Part shown: piece by piece, positions 17,967 through 25,759 of the stretch
Layout of the letters: each line of letters opens with the position of its first letter
Numbering within the stretch: the stretch's first letter is position 1
Assembly: GCA_046541755.1 (NCBI GenBank)
Contig: JBKHCQ010000002.1
Location: 1-37,586 of the forward strand
Direction: 5' to 3'
Source: Anaerolineales bacterium
GTDB lineage: Bacteria > Chloroflexota > Anaerolineae > B4-G1 > SLSP01
DNA: 37,586 nt
Notes under the pieces: model-generated
What the model was told of the DNA's origin: nothing
The model's database searches: none
The model's input: the letters and a program-made list of their open reading frames with translations, nothing else
Translations under genes and position numbers: made by a program

Positions 17967-18912
17967 CTTCCATCCAGATATTGCCCAAATATTGCGCGGT
18001 ATAGTCTCCCACGGTCATAAATACGACATCAGGAAACGAAGCCATATAAGCCAACAACTCTCGCGTATACTCGATCATCATCTGCCCGCTGGCGCGATAG
18101 AATAGGTTGCGCAATCGCAGCCCGTGCGCGCGGATGAACGAGGGCTTGAAATACTCCGGCTCGATGAAGTCTCGCCATTGTTTCCAGCCCCCCCCGCCCC
18201 CGCCGCTCACAAACTCGGCCGGATGCGCCAGGTAGACGATGGGTTTGCCCGTATGATGGGATTCTATGTACAGTAATCTAAACAGAATTTTTAACATGCC
18301 CACGCTAAAGATCCTGAGTAGCGTGGAGATAAAGGGCGCTCCGGTCGCCGAGACCGGCGCCTCCCAAATGGGCATGTCGCCGGCCCGAAAGACATTATCC
18401 GCGCGCGGACGATAGGGACGGCGCGGCGCGAAGACCCATCCCAGGTTGATGAGATTTGAGCTGACGAAATCTATCCTCTGAGAGCAGACCGAGCTATCGA
18501 CCCGGTAACCGTGTTCGACCAACACCTTCATCGTCGGTGCCCCGACCTTCACACGCGGGGCGCGAAACGCCTGGATCGGGACGCCGGTCACGGCTTGCAG
18601 TTGCTCGGTGGCCTGTCCGATGTACGCGCGCTGCATCGCCTCCGGCATTTGATCGTAGTTCTCCTCGGTGCCGTGGGTCAAGCCGTGACAACCCACCTCG
18701 TGGCCTTGATGTTGCATCCTCGCAATCTCATCGCGATAGGCTTCCGCCGCCGTCGCCGTGACGAAGAAAGTCGCGCGGATCTCATGTCGCCGGCACAGAT
18801 CCATTGCCGTTCTCAGCGCCTGCAACCGGTTGTCCAACGGAATCCATTCGTCGGGGTCCGCGTCCCACGTGATGAGTACCGGCACTGTATGAGAGCTAGC
18901 GGGATGGTTCAC
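17953..18912 (-). CDS. Polysaccharide deacetylase (NodB homology domain)
   Basis: 319 aa, GTG start 18912 in a GTGA overlap with the upstream stop. Motifs VLITWDADPDEW, ATFFVTATAAEAY, GHEVGCHGLTHG and FRAPRVKV. Confidence 0.8.
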   Translation of the reverse strand: MNHPASSHTVPVLITWDADPDEWIPLDNRLQALRTAMDLCRRHEIRATFFVTATAAEAYRDEIARMQHQGHEVGCHGLTHGTEENYDQMPEAMQRAYIGQATEQLQAVTGVPIQAFRAPRVKVGAPTMKVLVEHGYRVDSSVCSQRIDFVSSNLINLGWVFAPRRPYRPRADNVFRAGDMPIWEAPVSATGAPFISTLLRIFSVGMLKILFRLLYIESHHTGKPIVYLAHPAEFVSGGGGGGWKQWRDFIEPEYFKPSFIRAHGLRLRNLFYRASGQMMIEYTRELLAYMASFPDVVFMTVGDYTAQYLGNIWMEDDHA

Positions 18913-20138
18913 AAGTATCTCTCGAACAGGTCGCCCAATTTAGCCGCGCTCTTGTAGATGTTGAACTCTTCTACAATTCGCTTCCGCCCATTCTGGCCCA
19001 ACGTCCGGCGCAACGCTGCATCTTCTATCAACCGCTGGAGAGCATCCGCCAACGCCTCCGCGTCCTTTTCCGGCACGAGCAGGCCGCTCACGCCGTCCTC
19101 GATCAACTCCGGGATGCCCGACACATCGGTGGAGACGGCGGCGATTTCCATCGCCATCGCCTCCATCAGCGAGACCGGGATGCCGTCCACATCGTTGTTG
19201 CGCGCCGTGATGCACGGCAGCGCGAAGATGTCCGCGCGTTCCAGGTACGGGCGCAGATCCTCTTGAAAGACGGCGCCGGGCAATTCGAACGATGCTTGCA
19301 GGTCATATTTCTCAACCAGGTGATCCACAAGCGGCTTCTCAGGGCCGTCGCCGATCAAGGCGCAGTGGAAGGGCACGCCGCGCTCGGCCAAAATCCGGCA
19401 TGCTTCCACCAAGAAAGGCGCGCCTTTGCGCTCCGCCAACTGCGCGACGAAGAGAATCAGCGGGATATCGTTGTCGGGTCGCGCATCGGGCGGCGAAAAA
19501 TCGTCCGGCGCGAGGCCGCAGCGAATGATGTGCATCTTGGCCCCTTGCTCCTCCCCGCCCGGCACGAGATCCATCAGAAATTGACGGCTGAACTGGGAGA
19601 TGACGCTGATGAATCGCGCGCCGTGGACTTTTTCCGGCAACAGGACCCGGTCAATAAAGAAGCTGTTGTGCGCCGTGAAGCTGTAGGAAATATCGAGCAG
19701 GCGCGAAATCACCAGCGCGATGGTCGCGGCGTTGATGGCAAAGTGCGCGTGAATGTGCTCGACGTTCAGACGTTGCATCTCGCGGGCCATGCAGATTGCT
19801 TCGCAGAAGTGGAGGAAGGTGCGCCGGCGATGTGAGATGCTCTCCCCTGGCCGGGTCAACACGAACCACAACGTCTTGAGGTATCGAGCCGGTCGGGTGA
19901 AGAGAAAATGCAAGTGCGCGCCGATGAAATCGGCCCACCGGATGGGTAGAACATAGAAGGTGCTATCCACCAGATGGCGCGATTCCAGCGAGAGCTTGTC
20001 CTTGACGGGTTTCCAGATGGCAAACGTTTCGATGTTGAACCCTCTTTCCTGCAAGGCGAACACTTCCCGGTACACGAACGACTCGGTCAGCGCCGGGAAA
20101 ATATGAGAGACATAGGCGACGGTCTTTTGTGAGTTCAT
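18909..20138 (-). CDS. Glycosyltransferase family 4 (WcaL-like)
   Basis: Track ORF 18909-20144, trimmed to ATG 20138 (ATGA overlap with upstream stop 20135-20137; GAGGGGTGGGG upstream). N-terminus VAYVSHIFPALTESFVYREVFALQERGF. C-terminal ...PCITARNNDVDGIPVSLMEAMAMEIAAVSTDVSGIPELIEDGVSGLLV. Confidence 0.8.
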   Translation of the reverse strand: MNSQKTVAYVSHIFPALTESFVYREVFALQERGFNIETFAIWKPVKDKLSLESRHLVDSTFYVLPIRWADFIGAHLHFLFTRPARYLKTLWFVLTRPGESISHRRRTFLHFCEAICMAREMQRLNVEHIHAHFAINAATIALVISRLLDISYSFTAHNSFFIDRVLLPEKVHGARFISVISQFSRQFLMDLVPGGEEQGAKMHIIRCGLAPDDFSPPDARPDNDIPLILFVAQLAERKGAPFLVEACRILAERGVPFHCALIGDGPEKPLVDHLVEKYDLQASFELPGAVFQEDLRPYLERADIFALPCITARNNDVDGIPVSLMEAMAMEIAAVSTDVSGIPELIEDGVSGLLVPEKDAEALADALQRLIEDAALRRTLGQNGRKRIVEEFNIYKSAAKLGDLFERYL

Positions 20139-21421
20139 CCCCACCCCTCTTTTCGACCTCTATTGGGTTGTTTCGCCAATGGCGGCTTGATCAACCAGCC
20201 GGCATCTCCTCCGTCGGCGGACTGGATCGCTTCCTCGATCCAGAACAGGGGAAGTTTATAGCCACTCAACACCTTACAGCCGAGGCAATACACGGATGCG
20301 CCCTGATGACATCGCAACCGGTAGACCAGATACCGGCCGCTGCGATACGGCGTGCGCGTTTTGCCGCGCGCCAACGTCGGCACGGGTAGACGCGGCGTAT
20401 GTCGGGCGTCCTGTTTCGGCTGCTTCCCGCCGGGCGCATGCACCATCGAGAGATAGCCGACCTCCTTGGCAATGCGCACCGTCAAGTCGTTGTAGCCTCC
20501 ACCCGGCCAACAGACGAAGTTTACCTTTTTCTGCAAGCGAGCTTCGATGATCTCTTTAGACGCGCCCAGTTCATATCGCACGCGAGCTTGATAGGCTTCC
20601 TCGCTCTCCCAGCTTTCCTCAAGTTGATGTCGCGAGCGATAGTGTCGCACCCACTGGAAAAGGCGCGGCCGCCAGCCGCGCTCCTGGAACAGCGCCGGGC
20701 CGCCGCGCGCCTCGACCTGGCGGATTAAAAAATCTGCCAATTTGGGATCCGGGAAATATCGGCGGGCCAGCAATGATTTTCGATAGGTGTAGATAGGCGT
20801 CCCGAAGGGGACAAACGAGGATTGGTCTTCATTGAGCCACAGATATTTGCGCTCCGGTTTGGCATTCCATGCCAGCCAGGGGTAGCCATCCTGGGGATGG
20901 TGAAAATCCACGATATGATGATCGTTAAAGTACCAGGTGTGCGTGATGGTGTGGGATTGCACATCCATCACCCCGGCAGATTCCATCTCCGCTAACTCCG
21001 TCCAAGATAAAAAACCGGTGGTTTCCAAATCCCGCGCCGCGCCGCGTCCCGCTGCTGCATCATCCGAATTAAGACGTCGGGTATCTCTGGGATCGACAAA
21101 GTCTGGGTTGATGAAAATCGTCCCTTCGCAACCGTAACGTTTGAGGATCGGGTAGGCGTACACCCAGTTATCGAGGTATCCATCATCGAATGTGAGTACG
21201 ATCGGATTGGGGGGGAGGGGAGCATCATGCGCCAGATGATCGTACAGATGTTGGAGCGAGATTGTCGTAAAGTTGTGATTGACCAGCGCGCGCACGTGAT
21301 CCTCAAACACGCCCACCGGACACGAGAGATTGCCCCACAACCACTGCTGGTTATCTGAAACGCTGTGATACATCAGCACGGGGACGTGGATTTTGATGTC
21401 GATCGCGGGAGATTTTGCCAT
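20135..21421 (-). CDS. Polysaccharide deacetylase (NodB homology domain plus C-terminal extension)
   Basis: Track ORF 20135-21427 (TTG), trimmed to ATG 21421, 3 nt after the upstream stop. Motifs VPVLMYHSV, IVLTFDDGYLDNW and GTIFINPDFV. Confidence 0.8.
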   Translation of the reverse strand: MAKSPAIDIKIHVPVLMYHSVSDNQQWLWGNLSCPVGVFEDHVRALVNHNFTTISLQHLYDHLAHDAPLPPNPIVLTFDDGYLDNWVYAYPILKRYGCEGTIFINPDFVDPRDTRRLNSDDAAAGRGAARDLETTGFLSWTELAEMESAGVMDVQSHTITHTWYFNDHHIVDFHHPQDGYPWLAWNAKPERKYLWLNEDQSSFVPFGTPIYTYRKSLLARRYFPDPKLADFLIRQVEARGGPALFQERGWRPRLFQWVRHYRSRHQLEESWESEEAYQARVRYELGASKEIIEARLQKKVNFVCWPGGGYNDLTVRIAKEVGYLSMVHAPGGKQPKQDARHTPRLPVPTLARGKTRTPYRSGRYLVYRLRCHQGASVYCLGCKVLSGYKLPLFWIEEAIQSADGGDAGWLIKPPLAKQPNRGRKEGWG

Positions 21422-21423
21422 AA

Positions 21424-22644
21424 TCAAGCCTCGTCTAACGAATGATGGTACAGAGATAGATGTTCGTCCACCTGCACTTGCGCGCTAAACGCCGCCGTTG
21501 CCCGTCGCTTACCCGCCAACCCCATCGCTTGCGCCCGCTGAGGATCGGATAAAAGCTGTGATATCGCCGCCGTGAGTTGCGGAACATCGCCAGGCGGCGT
21601 CAGGCGTCCCATCTCCTCCGAGGTGATGACCTGCACAGTACCGGAGACCTCGGAGGCCACCACCGGCAATCCCGTGGCCAGTGCTTCCAAGAGCGCCATT
21701 GAAAGCCCCTCCCACAAAGAGGGGAGCACGAAGAGATCGCTGGCGGCCAGCAGCGCCGGCACGTCGCGGCGGCTGCCCAAAAAGTGGATGTGCGCATCCA
21801 CATGTAACGCCGCCGCCTGCGACTTCAAGGCCTCCCGCAAAGCGCCATCGCCGATGAAGAGTGCATGCGCGGATGGATGGCGCGCCACAATGGCCGGCAT
21901 CGCCTGGATCATGTACGGGTGTCCTTTGCCTTCTTTCAACGTGCCGACGAGCGCAATCAGACGCGCGGTCTCTTCCAAGCCCAGCTCGCTGCGGATCCCC
22001 GTTGGATCGCCGGGTCGTTCGTACTGCTCAATATCCACCCCGTTACAGATGACGATGACTTTACCGGGAACGGGACGGATGGTCTCCGTGATGGCGTCCC
22101 CCACCTGATCCGAAACCGCGATGAAGCCATCGACGAACCGGGAGGCCCATTTATATAGCAGGTGATGGACAAATCGTTTTGGCCCTAGCAGCCACGTGTG
22201 GCCGGCGAGGTCGGTTTTCGCCAACCTAAATTGGGCGCTGTGAAAGGTCCAGAAAACGGCGCGGACGGCGGTGGTGTACTTGAGAAGTAAGACGAGAAAA
22301 TCGAGCGTGCGCAACAAATGGGTCTGCACCACATCGATGTCATATTGCCGGACGATTTGGGTCAACGCTCGCCAGATACGCATCATATCGCCCAGGAACC
22401 AGGGGAAGGCCAACACGCTGTAGCGACGATCGGGCAGGATATGCACGTCAATGCCCAATTGTTCTATATCCCGCCGCAAGGGGCCATCTTTAAAAGAGCA
22501 GACGACGGGCCGGGCCGCCGGCGCATTCATCGCATTCATGTATTTCACCAGCGTCCGCACGACCTCCTGGGCGCCGCCGATGTTCAGATCTCCAATAATC
22601 TGCAAGACGTTAAGCGATCGTCCACGGCCCTGTGAGGCTGTCAT
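21424..22644 (-). CDS. Glycosyltransferase family 4
   Basis: 406 aa. ATG 22644 in an ATGA overlap with upstream stop 22641. Motifs LNVLQIIGDLNIGGAQEVV and ...FVLPSLWEGLSMALLEALATGLPVVASEVSG (EX7E). Confidence 0.85.
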   Translation of the reverse strand: MTASQGRGRSLNVLQIIGDLNIGGAQEVVRTLVKYMNAMNAPAARPVVCSFKDGPLRRDIEQLGIDVHILPDRRYSVLAFPWFLGDMMRIWRALTQIVRQYDIDVVQTHLLRTLDFLVLLLKYTTAVRAVFWTFHSAQFRLAKTDLAGHTWLLGPKRFVHHLLYKWASRFVDGFIAVSDQVGDAITETIRPVPGKVIVICNGVDIEQYERPGDPTGIRSELGLEETARLIALVGTLKEGKGHPYMIQAMPAIVARHPSAHALFIGDGALREALKSQAAALHVDAHIHFLGSRRDVPALLAASDLFVLPSLWEGLSMALLEALATGLPVVASEVSGTVQVITSEEMGRLTPPGDVPQLTAAISQLLSDPQRAQAMGLAGKRRATAAFSAQVQVDEHLSLYHHSLDEA

Positions 22645-24137
22645 CTCGAAAACCCCCCGGTCATCGTATCAGGAGCGAAATGCATGGCCCATCTGCGCGC
22701 CCAATGCGGCAGACCAAAATCTTCGGGCCGGAGGTACGCTTGCACCATATTGGCAACCAAGCCCAGTGAAAACCACCATGTACCGATGGCATGCCAGAAG
22801 AAGCGCGCATCCATAACCTGGGTGGCTATCAGATAGAAGATGATCGATAACCACAGCAGGACGAGCAAGCGCCAACTCCAAAATCCCTCACGCGGCAAGC
22901 GCGGCAACACCTTGATCGTCAACCGTAGCCACCAGAGCACGGCGAAGAATTGGAGGAAAAACCCCACCAGCCCCATCTCCGCCAAAATCGTGAGATAGGT
23001 GTTGTGCGAGGTCCCCTTATTGATGTCCCAATCTGTGGGCGCGGCACTCCCCACGCGGACCATAAATTTCCAATCGTAACGATCATAGTTGCCGAATCCC
23101 CATCCCCATAAAGGTTTGGCGTAGAACATTTCGCGTCCGGCGTTCGCCAGGACGATGCGACTATCCACTGTATCCTGGACCCCCAGTCGTTTGAGCGCAA
23201 AAGCGACCTCATCTGCCAATATCGTGCCAGATAGAATCCCCGCTGCCACGATGGTGGTGATCAATAGCAAGGACATTGTCTTGGGATACAGAATCAACAG
23301 TCCCAAGAGGACGGGCGCTGACGCGAGCCAACAGCCGCGCGTAAAGGTCAAAAAAATACAGAACAATCCCAAACAGAAGGTCAAAATTAAGAGCCACCGA
23401 ACGATGTCCGATTGGCGATGCATGGCTTCGTGAAAAATGAAGACCATACACACGATCAGCGTATAAGCATAGGGTGTGGGATTAGTGAATGTGCCGGACA
23501 TCCGCGTGCCCATTCTGGCGATATCCCATATCGGAGGCAATGTCTGAGGCGCATAGCGCCCCCAAAAACCGAGCACAATCTCCCCGACGCAGACGAGGAA
23601 CATCGGCAGCACTAACCGCCTCATATCCTCCGCGCCGGGACGCAGGACCCGCACCAACCAATACGCGGCGAACGACACAAACATTCGATCATACAGCTCA
23701 TACAGGTAGATGAGCGGGGAGCTTCGCGTCAGCAGGACAGAAACTCCGGCTACGACGAGATACATCACCATCGAAAGCTCCGCCCATCCCACCTTCACCG
23801 GCTTGTACGCTTTGACCTCCAATGCCCGCGCTAGAATGGCCAATCCCATCGCCAAGGGAATCAAAGCGCGATGGACGAGCCAAAAGACGCGCGATCCGAC
23901 CGTCTCGAAGGGCAAGAACGGCATCAGCACAAACCAGACGATAACGCTCAGCCATGGATAATGATTGAGCAACATCCCCGCCGGCGCGGCGAAGAGGACA
24001 CCCAAGGCGAGCAGCCAAGAGCCTCTGGCGAGCAGCAGGGCGACCAACAAGCCTAATATTCCCCCAAGTAATAGAGGGATGCCAGAGGCTAAAAAACCCC
24101 TATTCCAAAGTTTCCGCATTTCTCTCTCAAAATTCAT
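22641..24137 (-). CDS. O-antigen ligase family membrane protein (probable Wzy-type polymerase)
   Basis: 498 aa, polytopic. Large loop with ...NKGTSHNTYLTILAEMGLVGFFLQFF, typical of the Wzy_C/O-antigen-ligase domain. Confidence 0.75.
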   Translation of the reverse strand: MNFEREMRKLWNRGFLASGIPLLLGGILGLLVALLLARGSWLLALGVLFAAPAGMLLNHYPWLSVIVWFVLMPFLPFETVGSRVFWLVHRALIPLAMGLAILARALEVKAYKPVKVGWAELSMVMYLVVAGVSVLLTRSSPLIYLYELYDRMFVSFAAYWLVRVLRPGAEDMRRLVLPMFLVCVGEIVLGFWGRYAPQTLPPIWDIARMGTRMSGTFTNPTPYAYTLIVCMVFIFHEAMHRQSDIVRWLLILTFCLGLFCIFLTFTRGCWLASAPVLLGLLILYPKTMSLLLITTIVAAGILSGTILADEVAFALKRLGVQDTVDSRIVLANAGREMFYAKPLWGWGFGNYDRYDWKFMVRVGSAAPTDWDINKGTSHNTYLTILAEMGLVGFFLQFFAVLWWLRLTIKVLPRLPREGFWSWRLLVLLWLSIIFYLIATQVMDARFFWHAIGTWWFSLGLVANMVQAYLRPEDFGLPHWARRWAMHFAPDTMTGGFSR

Positions 24138-24154
24138 CTTTTCAACAACAGTTC

Positions 24155-25759
24155 CTATGAGGATATTCGCTCAAAGAGCTGGGATAACGCCGGGATGCGG
24201 CTGACGCGCTCTCGCAAACGCTCCACAACCATCTGATCCTCCTTAGAGAGACCGAGCATCAGCAAAGCGCTGACATAGGTGAACAACAAAATGCCCGCGC
24301 CGATAATCGTTCCCGCCGTTGAATTCCCCGGCAGGAGCCACTGGCGCAGCGCGTACGTGGCCAAAGACGCTAACAAGGCTGCGATCACCGGCTTCACGAA
24401 GCTCCGATTGTACGGTAAGATCCGAAACAAGAAGAACACCTCTAACATCAGCATGAGATTAACGGTAGAAAGACTGATTGTCGTCGCCAGCGCCGCGCCC
24501 ACCACACCCCAGCGCGGGATCAGCCAGAGACTGAGTAGCGCCAGCAGGAGAGATCGCACAGCCGCGTTGAGGATGTTCAGCTTTGTATTGCCCGTCATCG
24601 TGACCATCACGCCGCAAATCCCCACCGCCGCGCCGAACAAATCATTGCCCGCCAAAATGATCAACCCCAGGGAACCGGATACATAGCTGTCGCCAAAAAC
24701 CGAGAGGATAGGACGCGAGAAAAACAGGATCAGCAAAAAGAACGGCAAACTAAAGGTCAGCGTCCATTTGGTCATCGTCTGGAAGAAACGCCTTAATTTT
24801 TGCATATCCCCGCCCGCGTGCAGTTCTGATACCACAGGCATGGACATCATACTGATCGAAGTGTAAAAGGCCGTGCTGACCATGCTCACGCGCGAAGCGA
24901 CGGTGAAGACGCCGGCCGAGGCGACGGTGCTGAGCGCTCCTAACAGCAGGATGCGAAGGTTAGGCCCCAACATCAACAGAAGCTCCGAAAGATAGACTGG
25001 CAACGAGAAATGCAACATCCGGCGCGCATGCCGGCGGCTCACGCGGAGCGGGCGGTTGAGCGGAAATAGCTTGTTCACAAAATAGAGCAGCAGCCCACAG
25101 GATGCTATCGCCCCCATGGAGTAGACCGTCATCGCCTTGACAGCGGTCAATCCCGTGAACGCCAACCCGACAATCAAGAACAGCTTCAAGTAGGTTTGGA
25201 GGATGTTTTGCGCGATGACGCTATATTCCACGCGCTTGAACCCCAGGAGCACAAAACTCGCCACCGTCGCTAAAGTTCCGGCGGGCACGGCAATCGCGAC
25301 GATGCGCAAGAGGGGCACCAAGCTCGGCTCGCGAAATATGATCTCCGCCAGCGGCGCAGCCAATCCAAAACAGAGCAACCCGCCCAGCAAGCTAATCAGC
25401 AGCGGCAGGCCCCCGCCAATCTGGATCGTTTGCCATAACGCTTCGCGATCCCGTTCTGCCGCAAACATCGAGATGAAATGCGTCGTCCCGGTGTTGAGGC
25501 CCAACAAGGCGACGCCCACGACGATGTAAAAGGTAGAATCCGCCACGCTGTATAACCCGTATTGTTCATCTCCCAATAGGCGCGCCAACAAAAACCCGAG
25601 GATGAACCGCCCCGCATACTCCAGCATCGTGCCGATAAAAGAGAGGCTCCCGCCCTTGGCCACCGTCAAGATATTCTGATCCGACGCTGATGATCCAACG
25701 TCAGAATTTTCGTCCAGGAATTTCTCCGGTTGGGATACGGAGGCGTCAGTTATCGTCAT
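24155..25759 (-). CDS. MOP-superfamily polysaccharide flippase (Wzx-like)
   Basis: Track ORF 24155-25852, trimmed to ATG 25759 (ATGA overlap with upstream stop 25756-25758). 534 aa, polytopic, with N-terminal ...VAKGGSLSFIGTMLEYAGRFILGFLLARLLG, typical of the Polysacc_synt family. Confidence 0.8.
   Translation of the reverse strand: MTITDASVSQPEKFLDENSDVGSSASDQNILTVAKGGSLSFIGTMLEYAGRFILGFLLARLLGDEQYGLYSVADSTFYIVVGVALLGLNTGTTHFISMFAAERDREALWQTIQIGGGLPLLISLLGGLLCFGLAAPLAEIIFREPSLVPLLRIVAIAVPAGTLATVASFVLLGFKRVEYSVIAQNILQTYLKLFLIVGLAFTGLTAVKAMTVYSMGAIASCGLLLYFVNKLFPLNRPLRVSRRHARRMLHFSLPVYLSELLLMLGPNLRILLLGALSTVASAGVFTVASRVSMVSTAFYTSISMMSMPVVSELHAGGDMQKLRRFFQTMTKWTLTFSLPFFLLILFFSRPILSVFGDSYVSGSLGLIILAGNDLFGAAVGICGVMVTMTGNTKLNILNAAVRSLLLALLSLWLIPRWGVVGAALATTISLSTVNLMLMLEVFFLFRILPYNRSFVKPVIAALLASLATYALRQWLLPGNSTAGTIIGAGILLFTYVSALLMLGLSKEDQMVVERLRERVSRIPALSQLFERISS

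Noticed and set aside
5692-21421. Assignment of the locus to the exosortase/PEP-CTERM EPS system
   Set aside because: FemAB-like, AMP-ligase-like and deacetylase genes are reminiscent of that system. However, no exosortase (EpsH) gene and no PEP-CTERM tail on the secreted proteins is visible in this window.
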